A stretch of DNA of 64,000 nt from an uncultured bacterium (GTDB lineage Bacteria > Actinomycetota > Geothermincolia > Geothermincolales > Geothermincolaceae), in contig CAVXXD010000013.1 in the NCBI GenBank assembly GCA_963765625.1, positions 172,921 to 236,920 on the forward strand, given 5' to 3'. The notes under the pieces were generated by a model. It did not search any database. It was not told the DNA's origin and saw nothing but the letters and a program-made list of their open reading frames with translations. The first letter of the stretch is position 1, and each line of letters starts with the position of its first letter. Made by a program: the position numbers and the translations under genes. This document shows, in pieces, positions 49,275 to 59,659 of this stretch.

Positions 49275-50711
49275 TTATTTCCTCTCTACGGCCACGAATT
49301 CTTCCTTTAATATCTCTTCCACCGCGCACTTGAGACGCCCCCGCGCCAGCTGCACCTCGAGGCGGCTGCCCACCGCCGCCCGCGCGGTATCGCGCAGGGG
49401 CACCCGCGAGCCCTCCGGGTAGACGATGGCGTAGCCACGGGAGAGCGTCCGCAGGGGGCTGAGGGCGTCCAGCCGCAGGGCAGCCGACCTCCAGCGCTCG
49501 GCTCGCGCGGCCAGGGCCTGCCGGGTGCGGGACGGCATGAGGCTGTCTACGCCGCTCAGCTGACGGGCCAGCCTGGCCAGCAACTCCCTTTCGGCCCTCT
49601 CCAGACGTTCCGCGGTGTAGCGCAGGCGCAAGGGGAGTTCGCGCCGCTCGCGGCCGAGACCCAGTAGCTGCAGGCGGCAGGCGGCAAGGCCTTGCCGGGC
49701 TTGGTCCCATCGCTGGCGCCAGGCCTGCCGGACGGCGGCATGCGCCTCCTCCAGGCGCTGGCCGGCCGGGAAGAGCAGCGCGTCGGGCCCGGAATAACAG
49801 CGTCGCGTCTCGATGCGCCTGGTCTCGGACTCGGCCCGCTCCAGCCGCCGGTTCATGGCCTGGTTGAGCCTCTGCCCGGTCCCGTCCAGCCGCTCCAGCA
49901 GGCCGGACATCAGCGGCGCCACCACCTGGGCCGCGCCGGTGGGAGTGCTGGCCCGGAGGTCGGCGGCGTAGTCGGCGATGGTGTAGTCGGGCTCGTGGCC
50001 GATGCCGGTCACCACCGGGATGCGCGAGGCGCGCAGGGCCCTGGCCACCACCTCGGTATTGAAGGGGTGCAGGTCCTCCAGCGAGCCCCCTCCCCGAGCC
50101 AGGACGATCACCTCCACCGGGAAGCGGCCGGACACGTCGTTGAAAAACCGCAAGGCCTCGGCGATGTCGTCCTCCGCTCCCTCGCCCTGCACGCGCACCC
50201 CCCTTATATATATGTGGGCGGGAGGAAAACGCTTGCGGATGTTGGTGACCAGGTCCCGCACCGCGGCCCCCTCCAGCGAGGTGACCAGGCCGATGTTGAA
50301 CGAGATGGGCGGGATGGGACGCTTCAGTTCGTCGGCGAAAAGCCCCTCTTCCGACAGGCGCTTGAAGAGCCGGAGGAACTCGCGCTTGAGCCTGCCCTCC
50401 CCGCTCTCCTCCGCCTCCAGGACGTTCAGCCGGAACTGCCCCCGCTTGGCGTACACACCGAGGTTGCCCCGGACCAGCACCGCTCCCCCTTCCGCCAGTT
50501 CGAAATCGAGCCGGCGCAATGCGTCGCCGAATATGACGCAAGGCAGCACCGCCTGTTCGTCACGCAGGCTGAAGAAGCCGAACCCCTCGTAGCCGAGGCG
50601 CAAGTCGCACACCTCGCCCTCAACCCACACCACGGTTTTACGTAGTATGGCGTCGGCCAGGCGGTTGGCCTCGTTGACCGTATAGACGTGTTCCTGTTCT
50701 TTAAAATCCAT
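49275..50711 (-). CDS. xseA: Exodeoxyribonuclease VII large subunit
   Basis: VWVEGEV, GAAVRD, ARGGGSLEDL, TGIGHEPD, RASTPTGAA, LSRGYA. Confidence 0.93.
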   Translation of the reverse strand: MDFKEQEHVYTVNEANRLADAILRKTVVWVEGEVCDLRLGYEGFGFFSLRDEQAVLPCVIFGDALRRLDFELAEGGAVLVRGNLGVYAKRGQFRLNVLEAEESGEGRLKREFLRLFKRLSEEGLFADELKRPIPPISFNIGLVTSLEGAAVRDLVTNIRKRFPPAHIYIRGVRVQGEGAEDDIAEALRFFNDVSGRFPVEVIVLARGGGSLEDLHPFNTEVVARALRASRIPVVTGIGHEPDYTIADYAADLRASTPTGAAQVVAPLMSGLLERLDGTGQRLNQAMNRRLERAESETRRIETRRCYSGPDALLFPAGQRLEEAHAAVRQAWRQRWDQARQGLAACRLQLLGLGRERRELPLRLRYTAERLERAERELLARLARQLSGVDSLMPSRTRQALAARAERWRSAALRLDALSPLRTLSRGYAIVYPEGSRVPLRDTARAAVGSRLEVQLARGRLKCAVEEILKEEFVAVERK

Positions 50712-50987
50712 GCCTCTGATTATATTCCATCACCCCGACGCCGGCAGGCTGCCGGAAAACTCCGGGTCTCGCCATGGCGCCGCACATAATAATGTGGCAA
50801 CTTGTAAAAATTTCTGGAAAATTAAGGAAGGGGTTTTCTCTCACAGGTAGAAATTTTTTATGGATTGAAAGTTTTCAAAGAGATGTGAACTGCCGGCGTT
50901 TTTTGTCATCAGGGCGTGTTCCAATACGACAAAGGGCGGCTGGCGATCCTTAAGGAAATACTGGGGAGTCCGACGGGATCATAAAGG

Positions 50988-51449
50988 ATGTTGGTGGTGG
51001 AGATTCTGGCCTTCCTCCTGTTGGGTCTGATAGCAATGATAGCAATCGTCCCTCCCATCGTCCGTGGGAAGATAGAAGAGTCACCCCTCGACTCCACTAA
51101 AAATTTCAAACGGAGCATGCTGGAAATGGCTGCTTCCGTCAATCCCCATGAGTACGGCGGCACCGTAACCCTCAGCAGGCGCCGGGTATACCTTCCCTCG
51201 TTCCTCATGAGCTCAGGTTCCGATTTCGAGTCACCTCAAATGACCCCTTACGCCACCCACGCTGCCGGGGTCAAGGCTTCCAGGCGCAGGAACCGCACCT
51301 ACGTGGTGTTGGGAATCCTGACCCTGGTGACGGGAATCATAGCCATCGTCTCCCCGAACGTCGTCACCATCGTGCTCTTTGCAATATGCGCCGTCTTGCT
51401 GCTGACATATGCCCTCTTGGTCTATCTGATGGTCAAGAGAAGCTTCTAA
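50988..51449 (+). CDS. Hypothetical membrane protein
   Basis: N-terminal TM, RRRNR followed by two TM helices. Confidence 0.6.
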   Translation: MLVVEILAFLLLGLIAMIAIVPPIVRGKIEESPLDSTKNFKRSMLEMAASVNPHEYGGTVTLSRRRVYLPSFLMSSGSDFESPQMTPYATHAAGVKASRRRNRTYVVLGILTLVTGIIAIVSPNVVTIVLFAICAVLLLTYALLVYLMVKRSF

Positions 51450-52060
51450 GTATAACCGTAAAGCTTACCTTTCATCTTGCAAAGACCCAAACTGCTCACT
51501 CCCGATATTCCCGATAAGAAAGACCAGGTCAAAGCCTCTTTCAGGTTGCCGTTGATCCTCCAGCGCAGCAGAGTGCCGGTCCAGAGAAAGAACGGCACGG
51601 CCACGGCGCTTACCCACAGCGCACGACGGCCTGCCGGAAGATGGCCAGGCAGAGAAGGAGAGCCAGGCACAAGGCAACGGAGCACCAGGTCAGGATGCGC
51701 CCCGGTACGAAACAATGCCGCCGCGTTCCGCATGGTCATCCCACCCTGGTCATGACCAGAAGGGCCCCCAGGGCGTGGAAGATGATGAACCCTCCCAGCA
51801 CCCAGGGGGCGTAGACGGCCGTATTTCCGCATGAAATAGAAGCGGTAGAGCGCACCGAGAAAAGCCGCGACGCAGACCAGCGCCGCCATCCCGGATATCC
51901 AGGCCGAGGCCGGCCATTGCCCCATCATCCCCCAGCCCGGGTTGAGCTCCGCGAACCGCAAGATGGATATCACGCCCCCTCCGCAGGCCAGGGCGACTAT
52001 CCCCAGTTCCCACCACCTGATGTCTTCAGTTACGTTCTTTTCCAATTCCATCACCTCCAA
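51446..52060 (-). CDS. Multi-TM hypothetical protein (probable internal indels)
   Basis: Hydrophobic ends in main frame; more hydrophobic middle segments (APWVLGGFIIFHALGALLV; ILTWCSVALCLALLLCLAIF) lie in another frame. Confidence 0.5.
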   Translation of the reverse strand: MEVMELEKNVTEDIRWWELGIVALACGGGVISILRFAELNPGWGMMGQWPASAWISGMAALVCVAAFLGALYRFYFMRKYGRLRPLGAGRVHHLPRPGGPSGHDQGGMTMRNAAALFRTGAHPDLVLRCLVPGSPSLPGHLPAGRRALWVSAVAVPFFLWTGTLLRWRINGNLKEALTWSFLSGISGVSSLGLCKMKGKLYGYT

Positions 52061-53970
52061 TTAAATAAAGACCGATCTGTTTGATCCGGGCCGGAAAATC
52101 CCGCTCTCACTCCCTGGAGGGAAGTAAGTTCCCAGCCACTTTTCTCCGCGCCCCCATATCTCGAACCGATCAGTTCCTTCCCTCCCTTGGCGGCTGTTTT
52201 CTTCACGTAATTCTTGAGAAACTCCGTTCCCATGGGCTTGTAGACACATGCCGCGTTGCTGAGGATACGGGCGGGCGAGAGGGTGGCGCTGCTCACCCCT
52301 ACACCCCCCATGAAGAAACCGGTGCCGAACGAGAGCAGGGACTCGCCCAGCCCGAAGCTGGCACCGCTGGCCAGGCGCAGGCTGAACTCCGCGAGGAAAG
52401 AGGTGCAGCCGCAGAAGGCCATGTAGGTCAGCTTCTCCGCCATGGCTGTTCCCATCTGATATGCCCCGGCCCTGGCCAGGGCCGCGAATCCACCGTCCTT
52501 TAGAAGAGTCAGGGAGGTTTTCAGCACGTAGAAGCTCTCACTTCCCATCTGTCCGGCCGCGAACGACCCGGCGGAAAGGCCCCGGAGAAGGTTCTGACTG
52601 AGACCGGTGACAAAGGCTTTCCCGGTCCCCCCGGCCAGGCCGCCCAGGACGAAGGTGAGAGCGAATGTCTTCCAGTTGAAGGGACGCCCGGCGATACTGT
52701 TGATGACCGCGTAGGAGAGGCTGTCCGCCAGCCCATGCACCAGGAACGACTTGGCGAACCCAAGCAGGCCTACTTTGGAAAAGCCAGAACTGATGAGTGT
52801 CCAGCTCTGGCCGAGGCAGATGACCCCCAGGGCCACCACGCCGCCTACGATCAGGGACTCGGTCAGACACTGGGTGAAACTGAAATACTCTCCGGCGGCA
52901 TAGGCGTAATACTCCGCGAAGCCGATAGCCGCCAGCGATCCCGCTACGATAGCCGTGATCACCAGCGGAGTGGCGATGCCGAAGGTGAGGCCGATCAACA
53001 GCACCGCCGCCGCAATGACTACGGCAGCCAGCAACCCCGCCACCAGGGCCTGGACGTAGTGGTTGGAGACGACCGCTCTGCAGGCGTCGCCCACCTTTCC
53101 CACGAACCCGCCGGCCCAGGGCTCGATGCAGGCCCGGTAGAAACCGGCACATCCGCCCCCCACCCATTTGGCGGCCGCCGCCAGGCCGTCCCAGCAACTC
53201 CCAGCCGCGCTCGCCACGCCCCGGCCGATGGCGGACAGGCCCGCTTTCACCGACCCGGTCAGCCCCTGGTCGCCACTGGGGCCCTGGATCAGCGCTTCGA
53301 GGGACTGCTGATCACCCCAGGGCCCGAGGAAGAGGTCGCGGGACGGGTCGAGCAGCCTGCCTTCGAGGAGCATCACCGGGTCCACGGCCACCCCGTTGAG
53401 GGCTGCCCCGAAATGGAGGTGGGGGGAGGAAGAGGAGTGGTCCCCGCTCCCGTCGCTGGTGCCGAGCGGCGTACCGCGCTCCACCCGCGCCCCGGCGCGG
53501 ACCGCGCATCCGGAGAGGGAGACATAGGTGGTTTTCACCCCTCCGGCATGGCTTACGCTGACGCAAGGGCCCAGCGGTGTGTTGCCGGCGAAGGTCACCG
53601 TACCACCCGCGGCGGCGGTGACCGTCGTCCCGATGGGTACGTCTATGTCAATGCCGGCGTGGCCTCCCTGCCCGTATGACCCGCTGGCAGAGCGGAAAGG
53701 GTGGGATACTGGCCCACGACACGGCCAGGAGAAGGTTGGGGACCCGGTGCCGGAAGGTGCGGCCGGCGCCGGGCACGACATGAGGATAAATAGCAGTGCG
53801 GCAATAGCGAGGATGCCTGAAATGGCAGGTTTGAGGGGTAGAACGGAGAACCGTCCCGGCACGCCGCCGGTGCAGCCGCGCCCACGTAAGGCGCTTCTTC
53901 CCAGGGTGAAGAACCTATGCGCCATGACCCATTGGCTCCGGGTGCTCGGCGGCCGGCTCTTCCGGGCCAC
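52051..53970 (-). CDS. M23 peptidase domain fused to long Gly/Ala-rich hydrophobic C-terminus (true start probably near 53860)
   Basis: FSWP, HAGIDI, VTAAAGGTVTFAG, PHLHFG, VDP; ~400 aa of hydrophobic segments follow. Confidence 0.8.
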   Translation of the reverse strand: MARKSRPPSTRSQWVMAHRFFTLGRSALRGRGCTGGVPGRFSVLPLKPAISGILAIAALLFILMSCPAPAAPSGTGSPTFSWPCRGPVSHPFRSASGSYGQGGHAGIDIDVPIGTTVTAAAGGTVTFAGNTPLGPCVSVSHAGGVKTTYVSLSGCAVRAGARVERGTPLGTSDGSGDHSSSSPHLHFGAALNGVAVDPVMLLEGRLLDPSRDLFLGPWGDQQSLEALIQGPSGDQGLTGSVKAGLSAIGRGVASAAGSCWDGLAAAAKWVGGGCAGFYRACIEPWAGGFVGKVGDACRAVVSNHYVQALVAGLLAAVVIAAAVLLIGLTFGIATPLVITAIVAGSLAAIGFAEYYAYAAGEYFSFTQCLTESLIVGGVVALGVICLGQSWTLISSGFSKVGLLGFAKSFLVHGLADSLSYAVINSIAGRPFNWKTFALTFVLGGLAGGTGKAFVTGLSQNLLRGLSAGSFAAGQMGSESFYVLKTSLTLLKDGGFAALARAGAYQMGTAMAEKLTYMAFCGCTSFLAEFSLRLASGASFGLGESLLSFGTGFFMGGVGVSSATLSPARILSNAACVYKPMGTEFLKNYVKKTAAKGGKELIGSRYGGAEKSGWELTSLQGVRAGFSGPDQTDRSLFNWR

Positions 53971-54685
53971 CTGGCCCGCGCGGCTCCACGATCGCGTTGC
54001 CCCTTCCGGGCAGCGGTTCTCGCATGGTGAAAATAATCATATCCGAATCCGGACGAACGGGACCGCCGGTCTGCTGCTGCAGCGGCCCCTTACTCACGTA
54101 GACCTTGACCTTGGAACCCTTCCGCATGGTCTCGCCCTTCATGGGCTCCTGGATTATCACCTTGCCTTCCGGCACGACGTTGGACGGCTCGGAGACCACC
54201 TCGACTTCCAGCCCCATCTCGTGCAGCAGCCGGCGGGCCTGGGCCGAGTCCATACCCCGCAGGTCGGGCATGGTCATTTGTTGTTCCTGGTAATTGCCGG
54301 CATCGCCCGTCGCCCTGGTGATCACCGCGGGCTGGGAGGTGCCGGATGGTTTCGCCAGGCAGAAGACGATCGTCACCGCCACTGCCAGCGCCGCGACGGC
54401 TCCGGCGATACGGAGGATGCGCCTTCTGCCCGGCCGGCCGCGGGGAGGCTCGGCGCAGAAGTCGAGGTCCGGGCCGATCAGCTTGTTCAAGCGCTCCTGC
54501 GGGGAAAGGCGCCCTGGCCCCCCGGTTGAAGCCGGGGCCGGGAAGGGATTAAAAGGAAGGGGGTGCCCGCTCTCACGGCCGGGTGTCCCGGCCGGCTTAG
54601 ACCCCGGCTTCTCCTCCCTCTGCCCGGCCGGCTCCTCCCCCTTCGACCCGACCGGCACCTCCTCCTGGCCGGCCGGGTTGATCAT
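53915..54685 (-). CDS. TM + PASTA domain protein (possibly C-terminal part of upstream kinase-like gene)
   Basis: TM RIAGAVAALAVAVTIVFCL; MPDLRGM...VPEGKVIIQEP...GSKVKVYVSKG. Confidence 0.7.
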   Translation of the reverse strand: MINPAGQEEVPVGSKGEEPAGQREEKPGSKPAGTPGRESGHPLPFNPFPAPASTGGPGRLSPQERLNKLIGPDLDFCAEPPRGRPGRRRILRIAGAVAALAVAVTIVFCLAKPSGTSQPAVITRATGDAGNYQEQQMTMPDLRGMDSAQARRLLHEMGLEVEVVSEPSNVVPEGKVIIQEPMKGETMRKGSKVKVYVSKGPLQQQTGGPVRPDSDMIIFTMREPLPGRGNAIVEPRGPGGPEEPAAEHPEPMGHGA

Positions 54686-55394
54686 GAATATTCTCCAGCC
54701 TCTCCATGAAAACGCGGGCGGAGGGCGGGCGGCGGGAAGGCTCGAAGGCACTGGCCTCGCGCAGCATGGTCCATAGGCGCTGGTGGTTGCGGAGCGGGGT
54801 GAGCAGACGCTTGGCCACCACCCCCAGGGAAAAGATATCCGCCGCGCGCGTGCCCTCCCCGCCGGCGAGGACCTCCGGGGCCCAATACTGGGCGGCTTCA
54901 CGGGAGAGCCGCTCGTCGTCACATTCCAGGAAGAAGGAGTAGCCGGGGCGGACGATCCCCGCCGACCCGTCGCGCCCGACCCAGACCTGGTGAGGGTTGA
55001 GGCCGAGGAAGTACACACCTCTCCCGTGTAGAGCGCCCAGCCCCTCCACCAGGCTGCGCATCAGGGGCAACACCTGCGCGGCGGGAAGGTCGCCGGAATC
55101 CTGGAGCAGCTCCGAAAGAAGGATCCCGGGGGTGAACTCCCGCACCACGAAAAAATAATCCTCTTCCGTCCCCCAGGCGAAGACGCGCCGGATGCCGGGG
55201 GCGCGCAGGGTCAGAAGCGTGTCCAGGCGGGAGGTGAAGGGTCCGGCCTTGTCGCCCAGCCGGTCGGGATAGACCAGGTCCACCATCACCTGGGTGCCCA
55301 GGAGATGATAGTGGGCCAGGTGGGACTGGAAAGCCTGCCCCTTCTCCTCCAGGCCTATGAGGGTGTATTTGCCGTCGATCGTCTTGTCCAACAT
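54597..55394 (-). CDS. Ser/Thr protein kinase-like domain lacking catalytic residues
   Basis: IDGKYTL, FVVREF, YWAPE, ADIFSLG, PSRRP retained; no GxGxxG, VAxK, HRD or DFG. Confidence 0.7.
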   Translation of the reverse strand: MLDKTIDGKYTLIGLEEKGQAFQSHLAHYHLLGTQVMVDLVYPDRLGDKAGPFTSRLDTLLTLRAPGIRRVFAWGTEEDYFFVVREFTPGILLSELLQDSGDLPAAQVLPLMRSLVEGLGALHGRGVYFLGLNPHQVWVGRDGSAGIVRPGYSFFLECDDERLSREAAQYWAPEVLAGGEGTRAADIFSLGVVAKRLLTPLRNHQRLWTMLREASAFEPSRRPPSARVFMERLENIHDQPGRPGGGAGRVEGGGAGRAEGGEAGV

Positions 55395-55497
55395 CTCTTA
55401 CTCCATCTTACTTATCCTAGTTATGTAAGTTGTATATTACATATTAATTAAAGAACATGTCAATAGCTATTTTGCAGGGAGAATGTAAAATACCCCT

Positions 55498-55701
55498 ATG
55501 AAAGTGGAAGAGATCATCATCGGGGCCAGTTGCATATTCTGGGGGATATTCGCGTTCTTTAACCGCGCCGAGTTCTACCAGCTGGCCCGGGAGGACGGCC
55601 GGAGGATACACGACATACGCTTTATCAAGCCCCTGCTGTTGATATCGACAGCGATCCTGCCGGTGGTGGGGATTATCCTGATAATCCTGAGCTTCTTATA
55701 A
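55498..55701 (+). CDS. Small two-TM hypothetical protein
   Basis: 67-aa ORF with two hydrophobic helices. Confidence 0.5.
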   Translation: MKVEEIIIGASCIFWGIFAFFNRAEFYQLAREDGRRIHDIRFIKPLLLISTAILPVVGIILIILSFL

Positions 55702-55706
55702 GAAAG

Positions 55707-57048
55707 TTAGAGTTCGCCTCTCTCCACCGAGAGGGTGTGGTAGTCGCCGGCCAGAAAGCGCGGGTTGCGCATCAGTTTGAGGTGCCAGCCGATGAGGTTG
55801 TGCACACCGACGATCTCGAACTCCTTCAGCGCCTGGACGGCGTTGCGGATGGCCTCGTCCCGGTCGCTTCCGTGCACGATCAGCTTGGCCAGCATGGAAT
55901 CGTAATTTGGCGAGACGCGGTAGCCCTCGTAGCAGTGTGTGTCCACCCTCACGTAAGGCCCTCCCGGGGAGGTCCACCTCTCGATGACGCCCGGTGAAGG
56001 CATGAAGCCACGGTCGGCGTCCTCGGCGTTGATGCGGCATTCGATGGCGTGGCCATTGATGCGCACGTCCTCCTGGGCGAAAGAAAGAGGCTCGCCCATG
56101 GCTATCCTGATCTGTTCGGCCACGATGTCGGTGCCGGTGATCATCTCGGTGACGGGGTGCTCCACCTGCACCCGGGCGTTGAACTCCATGAAGAAGAACT
56201 CGCCCGTATGGCTTAAAAGAAACTCCATGGTGCCGGCCCCCTGGTACCCGATGGACGCCGTGCCCCGCACCGCCGCCTCCCCCATGGCCGCGCGGGTCTG
56301 GGCCGACAAAGCGGGCGAGGGCGCTTCTTCCAGCAATTTCTGATTGCGGCGTTGGATGGAGCAGTCACGCTCGTTGAGGTGGACCACTTTACCGTGGCCG
56401 TCCGCCATCACCTGGACTTCGACGTGCCGGGCGTCGCGCAGAAACTTCTCCAGGTAGACTTCTTCCGAACCGAAGGCATGGCGGGCTTCCGCCTTGACCA
56501 GCGGCAGGGCTTTGACTAGTTCCTGCCGGCCGGCCACGACGCGCAGCCCCTTGCCGCCCCCGCCCAGCGAGGCCTTGAGCAGCACCGGGTAGCCCATCTC
56601 CTCCGCCACCCTCAGGGCGATGGACTCGTCCAGGTCCGAGGAAGAGTAACCGGGAAGCACCGGCACGCCCGCCGCCTGCATGGCCTCGCGCGCGTTGGCC
56701 TTGTTTCCGGTCATGGACATGGCCTCCGGGAGAGGGGCCGATGAAGACGATGCCGTTCCGGCGCAGGCCCGCGCGAAGTCCTCGTTCTCCGAGAGGAAGC
56801 CGTAGCCGGGGTGGACGGCGTCGGCCCCGGAGATCTCCGCCGCCCCCAGGATGTTGCGGACGTTGAGGTAGGACTCTGCCCGAGGAGGGCGGCCCCACGC
56901 AGATCTTGCGGTCGACGAAGCGGAGGTGGAGGGCGTCCTCGTCCGCCTTGGAGTAGACCCCCACCGTCTCCAGCCCGAGTTTTTTACATGCTCTCAATAT
57001 TCGCAGGGCGACCTCGCCCCGGTTGGCTATGAGTACCCGCTTGAACAC
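55707..57048 (-). CDS. accC: Biotin carboxylase (frameshifted in 5' part)
   Basis: FKRVLIANRGEVA, GGGGKG, RHVEVQ, ERDCSIQRRNQK, QVEHPVTE, ECRINAED, YDSMLAK. Confidence 0.88.
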
Positions 57049-57049
57049 C

Positions 57050-58890
57050 GCTAACCTCCCAGGGTTCGATCTCCATGAGGACCTCGTCGTACTCGACCCC
57101 CGCCGCATGCTCGGGCACGATGCGCTTGACCACGCCGGCCACCGGCGCGTGGATCTCGTTGAAGAGTTTCATCACCTCGATGATGCAGAGGATCTGGCCT
57201 TCCTCCACCTGGTCCCCCACCTCAACGTAGGGAGGGGTACCGGGAGCCGAGGTGCGGTAGAAGTGCCCACCATGGGCGACTTGACGTGGATGAGGTTGAG
57301 GTCCTCGGGCCTGGGCTCGGGGACGCTCCGCCCGGCCGGGGAAACCGCGTGCCCCACTTCCGTCGGCCGCCGCCGTCCCCCAGGTTGATGGTGATGCTCA
57401 TGTTCCGGAAGGCCTGGCTGACCTCCTGGCTGACGATCTGGGCGATACTCTGGGCCATCTCCACCGTGGACTGCTCCTCCACCTTATGGCTGTGGTCGCG
57501 CCGCTCCTTCTCTTCTGGGGCGCGGGCTCCTCGGCCGTGGGTTGTTTCTCCACTGGAAGAACTTGAGAGCGGTGTCGGGGAAGATGGCGTAGGAGAGGTA
57601 GTCCTCTTCCTTCTCCACCAGGGACGGGTCCAGGCCGGCCTTGGCCCGCGGCAGCTCCGGCTCCAGCACGTCGGCCGGCCGGCAGTCGATGGGCTCCTCG
57701 CCCTTGAGGGCCTTCTTTTTCAGCTCCTCGCTGATGGGGGCGGGGGTGCGGCCGTAGAAGCCGCGGAGGATAGTTTTCGATCTCGCGGGGGATATGATCT
57801 TGTAGCGCTCGCCCAGGATGACGTTGAAGACGGCCTGGGTGCCCACCAGCTGGCTGGTGGGGGTGACCAGGGGCGGGTAGCCCATGTCCTCGCGCACCCG
57901 GGGCACTTCCTCCAGCACTTCCTCCATGCGGTCCAGGGCGTTCTGGCTGCTCCAGCTGGGCGATGAGGTTGGAGGCCATGCCGCCGGGGATCTGGTGGGA
58001 GATGACCGTGACGTCGATCAAGGGCTGCTCCTGCCCCATGAGCTTGCGGTCGCGGGCCACCACCTCGAAGTACTCGGAGACGTCGCGGATGGCGTCCATG
58101 TCCAGGTCCAGTTCGTAGGGGGTGCCGCGCAGCGAGGCCACCATGGTCTCCACCGCCGGCTGGCTGGTGTAGAGGGAGAGAGGGCGGCGGCAAGTCCACC
58201 ACGTCCGCTCCCGCCTCGATGGCCTTGATGTAGGAGTTGGAGGCCATGCCGGTGGAGGCGTGGCTGTGCAGCTGGATAGGCACCTCGACCACTTCTTTCA
58301 GCCGCTTGACCAGCTCGTAGGCGACATAAGGGCGCCAGGATGCCGGCCATGTCCTTGATGCAGATCGAGTCGGAGCCCATCTCCACCAGCTCCTCGGCCA
58401 CCTTGACGAAGAACTCGATGTCGTGCGACCGGGCTGACGGTGTAGCAGATGGTCCCCTGGGCGTGCGCGCCCTCCCGCACGGTGACTTCGATGGCCTTCT
58501 GCATGTTGCGGGTATCGTTTAGGGCATCGAAGATGCGGATGATGTCGATGCCGCCGGCCACGGTGCGCTTGATGAACTCCTCCAGCACGTCGTCGGGGTA
58601 GTTGCGGTAGCCGACGATGTTCTGGCCGCGCAGCAGCATCTGGATATTGGTGTGCGAGAACTTCTCCCGGACCTTCTTCAGGCGCTCCCAGGGGTCCTCG
58701 TTGAGGTAGCGCATGCAGACGTCGAAGGTGGCGCCTCCCCAGACCTCCACCGAGTGGTAGCCCACTTCCTCGATACGCTCGGCGATGGGCAGGATGTCCG
58801 GAAGCTTCATGCGGGTGGCCCAGAGGGACTGGGGGGCATCCCTCAGGGTGGTATCGGTTACGCCAACGCGGTGTATCTGTTCCGACGTCT
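57050..58890 (-). CDS. Pyruvate/oxaloacetate carboxyltransferase subunit, apparently continuing into a biotin carboxyl carrier domain (multiple frameshifts; boundaries approximate)
   Basis: WGGATFDVC, QMLLRGQN, RIFDALND, IKDMAG, HQIPGGM, GYPPLVTPTSQ; KSPMVGT...IIEVMKLFNEI. Confidence 0.8.
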
Positions 58891-58981
58891 TCCCTCCGTT
58901 GATTATCCGGTGATGCGGTGCCGGCCCTATCCAAGTCGCGCCGTGGTCTGGATTGTTAGGGTTGTTTAAAGAATACGGTCA

Positions 58982-59610
58982 CTATATGGCCCGGGGCTTT
59001 CGCCTGCGCCGGCTCAAGGCCGCGCCTCCCCCCAGGACGAGGGTGGCCGCCGCCGCTCCCTTGAGAAGGTCGACGACTATGAAGGGTTTGATGCCCAGGT
59101 TCCAGGCCAGCCAGCCGCTGCTGCCGTGCCCTCCCAGCCAGGCCGCCAGCCAGATGGCGCCGCAGGCGTAGATGGCCCGATGCCGGCCAGGGAAGCGCCG
59201 AAAGCGCTGGCAACGGGATGGCGCGCGATACTCGCGGTGCTGCTCCTCTCCCGGATGTATCCGGCCACCGCGGCGGCCGCGACGAAGCCCCAGAGATACC
59301 CGCCGGTGGGCCCGAAGAGCACCGCCGGCCGGCATGGGGGAAGGCGGCGAAGAAGGGGGCGCCGCACAGGCCCATGAGGATGTAGGTGACCTGGCTGGCC
59401 GGGCCCCATACCGGCCCCAGTGCCAGGCCCGCCAGCAGGGCGAGAAGACCTGCATGGTCACGGGCACGGGGGTCAGCGGGACCTTGACGATGGCGCCGAT
59501 GCCGGTAAGGGCCGCGAAGGCCAGCGCCCAGCCGGCCATCTCCGCCTCGCGGCGGGTAAGCCTTATTCCGGTCGTTTCGGTTTTCAGCTGGCTGTTCTTA
59601 CCTGGCTCAT
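58982..59610 (-). CDS. bioY: Biotin transporter BioY (frameshifted)
   Basis: PLTPVPVTMQ, FGPTGGYLWGF, GIKPFIVVDLLK across frames. Confidence 0.8.
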
Positions 59611-59659
59611 GGCCCCTCCAAATCGTTTTTCTCTATTATTAAGGAAATCCCGGGGCTGT

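Noticed and set aside
50712-50987. AT-rich intergenic region as a riboswitch or ncRNA
   Set aside because: Only weak inverted repeats (AAAAATTTCT/AGAAATTTTT); no recognisable aptamer consensus
51735-51745. In-frame TGA as possible selenocysteine in an alternative frame of the membrane protein
   Set aside because: No redox motif or SECIS-like hairpin evident; better explained by local indels
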